A stretch of DNA of 64,000 bases, taken from contig OZ024746.1 in the NCBI GenBank assembly GCA_964016885.1, positions 8,990,001 through 9,054,000 on the forward strand. The letters run 5' to 3'. The position numbers and the translations under genes were made by a program. Shown one piece after another: positions 52,217 to 64,000 of the stretch (the stretch's first letter is position 1; every line of letters begins with the position of its first letter). This stretch comes from Eledone cirrhosa. Taxonomy: Eukaryota. The notes under the pieces were generated by a model, which saw nothing but the letters and a program-made list of their open reading frames with translations, searched no databases and was not told the origin of the DNA.

Positions 52217-52791
52217 CTCTTATAAATTCTGGTAGAGTTGTAGGGGCTCTGTATTGATATTCGGCGTTTCTTTGGCATTTTAAGCCCGGAGGAGCTCACC
52301 CTTCTCCAGGCCTATATGAGACACGTTGGCTGACGGCTTCTAACAGGAACTAAAAGATTGATTCTTTTTAGCTTCCCGTCCCCACGTAAAATTTGTAAAT
52401 CAGTGGCTAGTTGAGAGATAGAGTCCTATCGGGTGCCAGTTGCTAATCGCTTTACCGTCTCGGTTGTCACAAACAGTCATGACCGGCATGGGCTGGTGTT
52501 TGGATTCTGTCGATCGATTGGTTATTGATTAGGCGATACCGGCTGATGAAGCCACATAAGCCGATTGTGCATTGTTGCATAATATATGTAGACAGATGGT
52601 GCAGTGCACCTTACTGCTGCATTAGTGCGGCAGAAACTCGAGTCCAGGAACCTTATAGGCACCCGTTTTACGTGTGTCGTGTTGAGGCAAATAACTTTGT
52701 GTATACTCTGGGTATGTATCTTACATTGCCCATTGAGTGCGCTGAGATACAACCGGTACTGGCATTGATAAATATGCTGGGTCCGTCAAAC
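52217..52791 (+). mobile_element. Microsatellite-flanked non-coding element with hammerhead motif
   Basis: GC-richer insert between (GT)n and (ATT)n(TA)n; 3' 160 bp duplicated at 48975-49141. Confidence 0.7.
52539..52648 (+). ncRNA. Type I hammerhead motif with 83-nt stem II insert
   Basis: CCGG-CTGATGA-[AGCC...GGCA]-GAAA-CTCGAG-TC-CAGG: palindromic stem III ACTCGAGT, GUC triplet, stem I 3/4. Confidence 0.62.
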
Positions 52792-52797
52792 TTTATT

Positions 52798-52865
<68 letters not shown>

Positions 52866-53680
52866 TTCCATTGAGTTCTGTTTTGCTGAACATCATTTAG
52901 CACGCACATGTATACAAATATATGTGTACGTTTGTGTGTCTCTTTGTGTTAACGTACGTGTACTTATATTTAGATTTGCGTTTAAGAGCATTTACTTTTG
53001 CGTGTGTGTATATATATATCTGCAAAGAGTGCCAAAATCAACATTCTAATAGTTGATCCCGTAATATTAAGTAGGAATACATCACATTTGTGTAAGACTG
53101 ATAAACAACGGAAACATTTCCAACATATGCAAATATCCGGCTACACACAAGACGATAGAATCAGTATATATTATAAAGCCAAAAGCGTTTCGAAATCATA
53201 ATATATAACAATACAGATAAAGTATGCCCTATATACCGTAACACATTCATAAACGGGTTTCTACAGATAATAAGGTAACTTGTAACTTTGGTTAAAGGTT
53301 AGGGTTGGGGTTAGGTCGAAATTTTCATTGACTCGAAAGGCGAAAGTTTAACAGGATCATTGGAACGTTCGACAGAACTCGTCTTCACTATACGTGTCCA
53401 ACTCTTTAAGCTAGTACAGCGTTCCTTTGTCAGTGTTGAACAAACGAGCAACGGTGGTTGCTAGACACTACGGCTTAATACGGGATGTTTGTTTACAAAC
53501 ACACCGAGCATTATAATAAATGTTTGGTGAATCCATACGTACATATATATATGTGTGAATGTATGTATATATATATACATACTACTGTACGTCTGTATAC
53601 ATATATGTATGTATGTATACATACTTATATTTAAGTAACAGCCGTACTAAGAGTGGGAAATGAAATTTCGTTTCATTTTT

Positions 53681-53711
<31 letters not shown>

Positions 53712-54242
53712 GCATTATGTGTGTGGGAGTAGTTGCGTATACTGACGTGATATTTTATATGAAAATTAATTTTTGACGGTTAAGTTCCTTCTATCTCTTT
53801 TACTTCAAAGAATGTTTCTTTAGTTTCAAGAAACGAATTTCTCTCGAGAGCTGAAATGATATTTAAATATAATTTGTAATTGCTATCACATAGATAAATT
53901 TAACAATTAATAGTTAAAAGTTAAAAATTAATTTGATATATGAGAAAGAAAAAAGTAATTAGAATATTATTCTTGTGGAATTAACATAATTAAGCACATA
54001 CACAATTAAATTTCTCTCGTGTGTGTATAATGAATATATAGAAACAAAGCTATGTACTTTATAAACGTCACAGTTAAGAACCATAGGAAATAGTAATATT
54101 CCAAAAAATTGAAAGGATTTGTTGTTAACATTAAACATTGTAATGAAGTTTAGAAGAAAGTGTAGAAAATCGACTGGATGACATCTTTGGACAATATTGA
54201 TTTTGAACAGAGGTAGGGAATAACGGGGCTTATACAGACCCT

Positions 54243-54530
54243 CGGTGGTCGAATTGGCAGAGTTGTTAGAACCTCGGATAGAATACTTTGCGGTATTCGT
54301 TTCGGTTCTGAGTTCTAGTCCCACCGAGGTCAACTTTGTCTTTCATCGTTTCGAGGGCGCTAAAAATAGTGCCAGCCAAATATTGAGGTCGATTCTTCCT
54401 TTATATCTCTTTCTCACTTCCACTCTCTCACTCTCTTTATCCTTCTCTGGAGGAAATCTGCTATATTCAGATCTGGAGAGAAGATGGACGCCGTCAGGTT
54501 TAAAGAATTCCCTAGAAACGCCGTAAAAAA
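54243..54530 (+). mobile_element. SINE subfamily A2
   Basis: tRNA-like head, family A core, CT-rich tail. Confidence 0.75.
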
Positions 54531-55902
54531 CCTGTAAGAAATATGAGTGATTCCTCAAAGCAAAAATATGTTTTCTTCTTTAAATCAATTGACGTATCCA
54601 AATTGCAATTAAAAACGCGACTAGGCAACACCTTCGTTTGATCTTTAGCGGACACGTTGAAAAGTTTGGGCAAGTTTCGACCTTATAATATCTCCTACAA
54701 TATTGCTATCGTGTTTCTGTTTGATATAACCAGACTTTATACAGCTCAAAAGAGGTAAACATGGCGTATCATCATTATCGATATCAAATAGGAATGCTAG
54801 GATACTTAATGTGACGAAGATGCTAACATTATTAAAAGTATTATTAATGTGCTTCTGCTTTGAGGCTTTTGCTTTGATGAGTTTATAACACATGCAGCAT
54901 TAACTATATTACGTACAGCAGTATGATAACGTATGCTGATAATTTCTGTTCAATATTTTTCTTTGCTAGAATTAAGAAAGAATATTGGATTTACTCAGGA
55001 AAATAACAGAATATTGCTTACAAAACTACTGCCTTCTACTTAATCAGAAAAAGTAACATGTAATAAAAAGAAGCTTCTTATTATTAACTACAAATTGTGT
55101 AGAACATTTTGTTTAAGAAAATTAGTATTGGCACTCTAAACTCTCTTATATAGAAAGTTTAGGTAAAGCGAGAATAGCAGTGTCTATGGAATTTTGCAAG
55201 TTTTCTAAACCAGATTGTATAAAGAACTAAAAGGAAAATGTTGCCCTCATTCGGAGTCATTGCTTGATTTCTTCAATTAGAGTAGTCTCTGCAAAAGGCA
55301 GCTAGTTTTAAGTGGTAAGTATTAAAACAAGTGGTGGAGTAAATCTCCAACAGAGGAACAGCTACAGGTATGACGACTTGACCTTCAATATCTGGTTACG
55401 ACATTTATTTCATTCACGAAGATCACGCCGAGCTGAACGTATAGTAGAAATAACTTATCTGATGTTCCATATAGTAGGATGGAACCTAAAGCCACATTGT
55501 TGCGAAGCAAATAGAAAACACAAATAATATGCGCCATCAGATTTCAAAATTGCTTTTGAGCATTGTTATATTTAGCAGATGCTACTGTAAATGAAGTAAA
55601 CATCAATAATAACTTAAATTAGTTTCTATATCTAATTTATTTAATTTGTCGGCAGTTGTTATGTAAACTGGAGGCGGGCACTTATCATACATAACTTAGT
55701 CTAATTATGTTGTCTGAATACTTCCAAGAAATAGCATTAGGTGTATTGTATTTCCAAACACATATTATAAAGTTGATTTTCGTCAGCATTTTTTGGAGCA
55801 GGTATTTTATTCTTTTCAAAAACGAAAAAGAATTAACTGGAAAATGGCCTGTTTATTTGAAACATGATTCCGTAAAATCTATTGCTGTATATATATATAT
55901 AT

Positions 55903-56274
55903 ACTTCGTTTTTGAATTTGTTTGGCAACATTTCTTATCTGAAAACGTGTGTTGAAACAGATATTGTTATACTTTGGGAGGGTCATGCTGCCAATAAAAA
56001 CACACGCACCTGTGATTTTTAATTCAATTTATTATAAATTTCCGATTGGCTGGATGGTTGTTTATAAATTGTCAAAGTTCTTTCTTCACACATTCTGTGA
56101 CCTCCTCAATGACTGAGCTTTTATTTTGTGTCCCACCTTTCGTCACAAACGAAAGACCTTTTACAATATATAAAAAAAACCTTCCGGTTATCGAACCAAC
56201 CAACCGGAAACTTATAATAAATTGAAGTGAAAACAAGCAGGTGCGTGTGTTTTATTTGCAGCATGACCCTCCCA
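55903..56274. mobile_element. Microsatellite-flanked element with inverted terminal segment, 2593 family
   Basis: Inverted repeat 55975-56012 / 56238-56274; CGTGTGTTGAAACAGATATTGTTATACTTTGGGAGGGTCAT matches 2578-2619. Confidence 0.8.
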
Positions 56275-56301
56275 TGCGCGCGCGCGCGCGTGTGTGTGTA
56301 C

Positions 56302-56339
<38 letters not shown>

Positions 56340-56411
56340 TTATATATATATATATATGTATATTATTATTGTTGTTGTTGTCGTTATTATTGTTGTTATT
56401 ATTATTGTTAC

Positions 56412-56538
56412 CTCCCTTTATGATCTGAGTTCAAATCCCGCCGAGGTTAACTTTGCCTTTCATCCTTACGGGGTCGATAAAATAAAGTACCAGTAATGCA
56501 CTGGAATAATTGCTGGCCTTGTGCCAAAAGTAGAAACA

Positions 56539-56571
<33 letters not shown>
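56412..56571 (+). mobile_element. 5'-truncated SINE family A with (ATT)n tail
   Basis: Near-consensus core; expanded (ATT)n tail. Confidence 0.9.
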
Positions 56572-57069
56572 GGCCATACTCGATAACGAGGGGGAAGCCA
56601 TCATGTGTATATATATATATGTATGTATATATATATATATATATATTGGAGTTCACATGTATATATATATATTGGAGTTCACATGTGCTTTCAAAACACT
56701 GTGAGATCCTCGCGCAGAACAAAATGCATGTTGAGAAAATGATATCCTTGTTCGATCATTATACCAAAAGCTTATTATTTTTTTAAGCAGACAGTATTAT
56801 TGATTTAGGTGTCGCAGAAACCCTGTATCGGATTTTACCACCATTTCCGGAGGAGGGGGGGGGTTAATATTTCAATCATATCTTATTTGCTTGCTCGCTT
56901 TTTTGGCTTAGGTGGTTAATTGCTTCATAACCATCCTCTCAGTTTTTATGGCCTTTTCAACTTATGTTTATTGCTCTGGTACCTTCGTATCCATTGAGCG
57001 CTTGTCAACACAAATCGGAAGTTGCGTATCGCTAATTTCTACTCGCCGAAATGCGATTCTCTCTGAATT

Positions 57070-57130
<61 letters not shown>

Positions 57131-57132
<2 letters not shown>

Positions 57133-57190
57133 GGGATCTAGCTGTCGAAATGACCGGAGCTCAGCCGTCGGGGTTCTGAATCTTTTCATA
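57131..57190 (+). mobile_element. Short fragment of the 12475 family inside (TA)n
   Basis: GATCTAGCTGTCGAAATGACCGGAGCTCAGCCGTCGGGGTTCTGAATCTTTTC. Confidence 0.8.
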
Positions 57191-57192
57191 TA

Positions 57193-57233
<41 letters not shown>

Positions 57234-57320
57234 ATGTATATATGTATGTATGTATGTTTTTGTGTGTGTGTTGTGTGTTGTGTGCGCGTGTGTGTGTTGT
57301 GTGCGTGTGTGTATGTGCGT

Positions 57321-57352
<32 letters not shown>

Positions 57353-57564
57353 ACATGTGTGAGTACTGATCTCATTAAATAAGCTGATGAATGGCATATT
57401 TAATCCGGCCTGTCGGTGAGATATGGTAGTAAGAGTGTAGTTTCTGTAACAAGATTAAATAAAGAGTACAGTGCCAATGTTTAGTGAACATTATGGATAT
57501 CAAACTAATTCCTTGGCGAAAATCATATCAGTTACTGATAGTTAGCCTATCTTAAGCAACATTA

Positions 57565-58105
57565 TGCGGCGATTTGACAGAGCCGTTAAAATATCGACTA
57601 GAATGTTTTGTGGCATGCGTCTCGGCTGTCTACATTCTAAGTTCAAATACCACCAAGATCACCTTAGCCTTTCATCCTTTTGAGGTCGATAAATTGAGAA
57701 CCACTCCAGTACTGATGTCGACTCTGCATCCATGTTGCTTTCTCATTTCCTCTCTATCACTCTCTCTTTCATTCTCTGGAAGAATCTGTTGTATTTAGAC
57801 TTGAACACCAGGTTTTAAAAATGTCCCCAAAAGGTTGTAGTTGATACGATCCCTAAACGACTCCACAAGGATTTACCGGGTAAAGGACAAAGGGAAGCAA
57901 TATTATCAACTAATAATTGTTTCTACTTTTGGCACAAGGCCAGCAATTATCTCATTGTACCACTAGTACACTAGTTTATCGACCCCTTCAGGATGAAAGG
58001 CAAAGTTAACCTCGGTGGGATTTGAACTCAAACCGTAAAGGGACGTAACTATGCTGGAAAGCATGGCGTACGACCCTCTACCGATACTGCCAATTCACCG
58101 ACCTT
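57565..58105. mobile_element. SINE A2 (+, ~57565-57810) and SINE A (-, ~57918-58103) with imperfect TSD
   Basis: Family motifs; TTRTCAACTRATAAT flanks the minus copy. Confidence 0.85.
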
Positions 58106-59361
58106 GTCAACTGATAATGAACAATATACACCTTTTTGAGTCTATGCGCCTCATTATTGGACTATGTTATAGTAAAACTATTACAGTGTACCTTCATTAC
58201 CTATTTCAATTCTAAACTGCCAGGTTTAGAATAATAATAAGATTAAATATAAATACAACGAAACTGAGAAGACTCTTGAAAATAGAATTGATATACATTT
58301 AAAAAATATTACATCATACATTCTCTATCAATATATAGTATTTACGTTAAAATTGATATATTATCCTGTTTTTCACTGTTCTTATACCTAAATGTATTTT
58401 TTTCTTTTTGCTTAAATATGCTTACTGCTATCTGCTTGACAAAATGTAATAATTTCGTTATAATTACATAATATATTTCTATAATTCCCACGGGAGTTTA
58501 TTCCTGTATGTAAAGTTCAAATATCTAATGTTATAATGTTAAAATCTACGTTTCGAATACTTTCATCACCAAATCAGATTCGGTGTAATTTTTTGCTGAT
58601 ATTTCACCTTTTTAGTAATCATGAGTTTTTACAAAACGTATACAGGCAGCAAAATTCTCTTACATGTTTGCTGTTCCATATATATGGACATCACATGTCT
58701 ATGTAATTCTATGAAAGTCTAGAGAAGATATAGAATATATCATGTATTTATTTCAATATGCAATGAAATGAAATCTCATAGAACAAGACTTCCCATTCCA
58801 TATATATCATCATATAAAGGAGGAGGCGTTAGGGCAAAAACTATTATTACGAAACTGTGAACTTCAAAACTATCGTGTCAATTCGCAAAAGATGTGAAAT
58901 CATTATACAAGACAAACTACCAAACAAGGTTGAAGAGAAAGAAAGCTAGGAAAGGGTTTGTTAAGCAACATCAAGGAAGAGAGAAGGAAAATAGGATTGG
59001 TAAAAAAAAGCTGGAATAATGACAGAGAAATACGTAGAGAGACGATTGTCTTTTGTTATGCATGAACTGACGTGGATATCATTTCTGATTGATAGAGATA
59101 TTTAATCGATTTCTGGTTTTAAAAGAAAAGGAACTAAAATAAAGTCTTTAAAGTGAACACTATATTAATAGTTTTACACCAAAATGAAAGAGAATTCATA
59201 ATAAGCTGCTACCAGATGAAAAAGAAAGGGTAAGTTCATTTATTATTATTCACAGGTATTAAACATAATATCACTCAATATCTTTTCGTGATGCCTTTAA
59301 TTAGTATAGACATCCACAGGTTACTGTAGGTTACACAGAGAACAATATTCATGCATACTAC

Positions 59362-59407
<46 letters not shown>

Positions 59408-60266
59408 AGAGGTTATATATTAAAGTCACCTTATTGTATGAGAAACTATCATTTCTAATTTTATCACAAATGTTGCGAATGCAGTGCTGCATACTACCAA
59501 CATGCAGGTTCAACTAGAGGTTCACAGCTTCTTGTAGTCTGAAATGAAGATACATCGCTCTACTAGTAATATTTTTAGTAATCTCAGGAAAATATATTAA
59601 AAAGTCGATATCAGTATGATTTGAACTCCGAACCCAGAGCGACCAATCTAAATATTATTTTACGTCAGTCCTAATAGTTATGGTATTTGCCTACTTAACT
59701 TCTTAGCAATAATAAAAAATAAATTCTTAATGAAACATGACTTAGAATTCACGAGAATGATTTTGAGCTATGAATCGACCTTATGTATAACTATTACTTA
59801 CATAATCGTCCCGGGGCGCATGGAAGCTTAGGTAGAGTCACCAAGGTATTATTTAAACAACTACACACATAGAGGCATCAGAACTGAACTCAGCAACGTC
59901 GGCACTCTACCAGTTTCACCAATCCCTCAGATTTCATCACCTTTATAATATCACGCAAAAATAGAAATATATATGAAAATGACTCGACTTGATCTCTTAA
60001 TGTGGTAGAAATCCTACACTGATAAAAAATGAATGTTTACCATTAAGACGTTTAGATTAAGCCTGACCTATGTTTAAATATGTACACAGAAGGATAATTT
60101 GCAGCATCTTATTTTGCCTCTTTTCCTTCTACATTCAAATCATTTTGATTTGCTAATTAAAAATAAATTTGAACATGGGTTATTTTCAGTCAATTACTTT
60201 TACTCTTATTCAAATTTGAAATTATGTTTTAGATCAATAATTTCAAGCAGTATATTTCAAATATAG

Positions 60267-60530
60267 CCGGTGAATCGGCGGAGTCGTTAGAACGTCGGAT
60301 ATAATGCTTTATGATATTCGTTCTGGCCGTCTACTCTCAGAGTTAAAATCTCGCCGAGTTCAACTTCACCTTTCATCCTTTCGAGGTCGATAAAAAAAGT
60401 ACCAGTCTAGTACTGGGGTCGATTCTTCCTCTATATCTCTTTCTCATTTCCTCTCTCCCACTTTCTATCTCTCTCTGGAAGAAATATGCTGAACTCAGAC
60501 CAGGAGAGGGATGGGCTCCACCAGGTTCTA
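60267..60530 (+). mobile_element. SINE subfamily A2
   Basis: Head, core CCTTTCATCCTTTCGAGGTCGATAAAA, CT-rich tail. Confidence 0.8.
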
Positions 60531-61092
60531 TCAGAAGTTACGGGAAAATAAAGAAGAAAGATATTTCAACTATGTTTTGTTATTAACCATCTGTGTTATA
60601 TATCAAGGGGGAAACTATTTAATCAAATCTCATCTTAATGATGTTGTCTCACACATAATTCTAAATGATAAACAAGAAGAATCTTTCGCTGTCATTGTCT
60701 GGGAAACAAGCTAAATAACACTAAATTTGCCAACTTCTTCAATCACTCATCTAACAACTCAAATCAAACATCACATTTATTTTTATTTCTTAATGAATAT
60801 CTATGAAAATGAACAATGTTAGACATTACCTTAGGTGAAACGTTAAATTTACAATTTTCAATCAACGGAATAACTTCTTATCATTAAGTCAACTTAGTTA
60901 CTTCTAATTATATATTAAAGCATTTAAATCATATAGTCACACATTGTTGTTCAAAATGCTAGCACACATAGATTAGAATGGTGGCAAGACTTTTAATGTT
61001 TTAGTTGTATTAGCGTTACTTTATTTTGATAAGATGTCGAGACAGTTCACGAAAGTGAGTTTCGGAAATCATATTATTATACAATTATTACA

Positions 61093-61715
61093 TATAGTTA
61101 CGCCCCTTTATATTCTGAGTTCAAATCCCGCCGCCCAGGTTAGCTTTGCTTTTCATCCTTACGGGGTCGATAAAATAAAATACCAGTAATGGACTGATGT
61201 AATTGCTGGCCTTGTGCCAAAAATAGAAACAATTATTTCCGGATCTTTAGTTTTTAAGCTCAAACCCTGCCGAAGTCCATTTGTGAGACGATGAAATAAA
61301 GACCTAGTCAATTACTGCTAGTCAATTATCTAATCGACTGCCCTATCTCCTGTCCAGCAAACACCTGGCATTGTGCCTATTTTAGGAAGTATTATTACGT
61401 CATGAAATTATGTTCTTCATTCATTCTTCAGCATAATATTGATCTTTGAAACATGCCGGTGTTGTAATTAGAGGTGTTGTACAGCTGATTATACCAGCCT
61501 CCCTATTTCCTGACACTTTTGGAACTTTATTTTATCGACTCAGGTTTGATGAAAAACATATTTGAACTTAGTCGAATTTCAGCTCGTCTTTTATTTAGAT
61601 ATTTGCGTTTCATCCTTCCTGATTGATTAAATGATATACCAGTCATGTACTGGGTACATAATCGACTTCCCGGTCCACATTAATGTTTTGTATCTAAATT
61701 AGAAGCAATTATTAT
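61093..61715. mobile_element. Cluster of SINE family A pieces
   Basis: Young truncated copy 61093-61236(+) plus degenerate pieces near 61240-61395, 61500-61580 and 61600-61715. Confidence 0.7.
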
Positions 61716-62616
61716 TATTTTGAGACTTTCATGTGAGTATCTGTGGCATCAAGGACGCCTCCGTGTTTCTCAGAAGTGTGCAGCATTGTGGGTTTTTTAA
61801 GGACGATGTGTCATTAAGCCTTGTGGGTTATGAGGCTTTAGTCTGCTGTGTCTGGCGTTTAGGTCATGTCTCGTCTATGTCTGGATCATGTGAGCTGTAT
61901 CAATTTGGGTTATTGTAGTGAATGCTTGTTTGTATTAGAGTGTAGAATATTGTTAAATATGTGTATGCTGTGTGTTTGTATTTATGTGTATATTATTGAT
62001 ATAGGTACAGTGTGATGTGTGCGTATGCCTGAGACAAATTTAGTGGATTAATCCGGGTGTAAGACTGGTATTTTCTGTGACTGGGCCTGTATTATGCCCT
62101 GCTGTAAGGAGACGTGATCTTATATATGGTCATCCTCTAAATTAAGTACTCAGAATGACTTCCACGATTGACCCCTTCAGGAAAATTGTGGGCTTGTGTT
62201 TATGTTAGAAATTAATATTACTAATACCTTGTTGTTGAAGTTTTGCAATTTACTATGTACGCAACCACGACATTTATTAAAATGAAAATCATATCAATAA
62301 GATATAAACTACTTCTATGAAATAAAACTACGCCTATAAAATGTATCGAAATATAGCTCCAAGATATGTTACTCATTTACTCAGTATTGTTGCTTTTATT
62401 AATCAGATAAACTAGTACTTCGAATCTATGAGAGTGTTTTGCATGGATAAGTTCAGCATTAGACGGATATTTGTTTTCGTTTTCGCTTTTTGCAAGGAGT
62501 AAAAGGGACAATTTCGTGGAAGCATATTATTGATATAAATATCATCTTAATAAGTACAGACAGACGGATGACACCTTTCACTAGAGTATAACTTTAGAAA
62601 TGTCCACATTAACTAG

Positions 62617-62795
62617 ATAATTGTTTCTACTTTTGGCACAAGGCCAGCGATTACCCCAGTGTATTACTTGTACTTTATTTTATCAACCCCTTAAGGATGA
62701 AAGGCAAAGTTAACCTCGGTGGGATTTGAATTCAGACCATAAAGGGACGTAACTCTTTGCTACAAAGCATGGCGTCTGATACTGCCAATCCATCG
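62617..62795 (-). mobile_element. SINE family A
   Basis: Near-consensus; flanked by ACATTAMCTAGA. Confidence 0.9.
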
Positions 62796-63380
62796 CTACA
62801 TTACCTAGAAACTAGTTTCGAGTATCATACATCCGTGTGCAAATTCTGTAGTAGTGGCATGTATTTAATAGGAAAATATTAATATCAGTAAAATCCTTCA
62901 TTCGAATGTTTTCCTCAAATATATCACTCGTACACAGAAACTAATCATTTATGTTGAAATATTTATATTGAAAAATGGTGACATAGTAGATTTCATTAAC
63001 ATAAATGAGATTAAAATATATTATGAATAAATTAATTCAATATACATTAACGTAGATAGAAATGTTTGGATCCTAATATGACAATCTATATAGTTTGATA
63101 GAGCTTAGCTAGCGGTTTTCATACGTTGAATGTTGCTTATATATAATGAAATGATAAATACTTTTTCTCTGAACTGATACTAAAACCAGAGAGAAATATG
63201 TAAATGTTAATTATATTTAACAGTGTGACTTTCATTTCATATTTAGTTCATAAGTAAAGAAGACTAAAATGTTAGATGAACTAAAATATATTTCCTGAAT
63301 GATCAAAGATCAAATATCGATCGCTTGGCACACAAGCCAATAAAACGATTTAATAACGGCGCCTAGAACTATTTCCTTAC

Positions 63381-63465
63381 AAGTCTTTTGTGGAACTGGC
63401 GGAAAACAGGAGAATATCTTCATCACAATGAATAGCCAGAATAGGAAATGTGTCGTTACTTTACT
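63381..63465 (-). CDS. Candidate 5' exon encoding a signal-peptide-like segment
   Basis: Acceptor ttttctggcag|, open frame SKVTTHFLFWLFIVMKIFSCFPPVPQKT, donor GTAAGG; link to the 45106 exon is unproven. Confidence 0.25.
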
Positions 63466-64000
63466 CTGCCAGAAAACTTAGATAATTTGTTATGATTAAG
63501 TTGTATAGTGAATGAAGCAATGCTTCTTTGAGAAATTACTGGGGCATTAACTAGAACCACTACCGAATAATTCATATGAAATTAACTCCAAATTTGAGTA
63601 ACGAACAAAAATATTTTATTATTTATCATTTTGTTTTCCAGAACAATGCATTAAATTCTAAATGTTTTGTTCTCTCTTAGAAGCTGTCCTGAAATATATT
63701 ATATATTCCGGTTCACATTCTGGTGTCATTGCCAATTTACTTGCCGAGTAAGAAATAAGAATAAATTAAGAGTTACTCTACAACGTAGAAAGTAATATTT
63801 TAATATATCTATTGTTGTAGTAAATGTATAGACATCGCAAATATTAGTGCAGAGTGATTGCAAATATACGAAAACAAATATTTATAAGCAATTATTTAAA
63901 AGAAAAATATTTAGACAATACTTCTTCATGTCATTAGTCATGATAATTATAACAAACTATCGAGCTTAATGACCAAATGTAGAACTTTTCTCCTAAATTA

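Noticed and set aside
53297-53315. GGTTAGGGTTGGGGTTAGG telomere-like motif
   Set aside because: Only about three imperfect units; too short for an interstitial telomere call.
59495-59538. Candidate minus-strand mini-exon (TTRSCEPLVEPAC) and another starting at 47018
   Set aside because: Good acceptors but weak donors; joining them to the 45106 exon would be speculation.

Overview
AT-rich, repeat-dense eukaryotic (animal) DNA with no intact long ORF; most entries in the ORF track are artefacts of microsatellites or decayed transposons. The repeat families (a tRNA-headed SINE with a CTTTGCCTTTCATCC..GGGGTCGATAAAA core, a second tRNA SINE, abundant (TA)n/(CA)n/(GA)n) resemble those of octopus/coleoid cephalopod genomes (inference from recall, not a search). 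Recognisable content: roughly 30 SINE copies, several with 15-18 bp target-site duplications; decayed LINE fragments of RTE, CRE (restriction-like endonuclease), CR1-group and possibly Penelope type; two Tc1/mariner transposase remnants and one MITE; a likely non-autonomous Helitron plus a second Helitron 3' end; minisatellites; and a probable terminal coding exon of a minus-strand host gene at 45106-45284. The main hidden signal is a set of short non-coding elements from several unrelated sequence families that sit in or against (TA)n tracts, are arranged as head-to-head fold-backs or partial tandems with 3' ends facing outward, and carry type I hammerhead-ribozyme motifs (stem I-CUGANGA-stem II-GAAA-palindromic stem III-UH-stem I). 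Nine such motifs were read by eye. This matches Penelope-like element pseudo-LTRs or retrozyme-like elements; several have unusually long stem II inserts. Coordinates were counted by hand, and edges of degenerate repeats are approximate.
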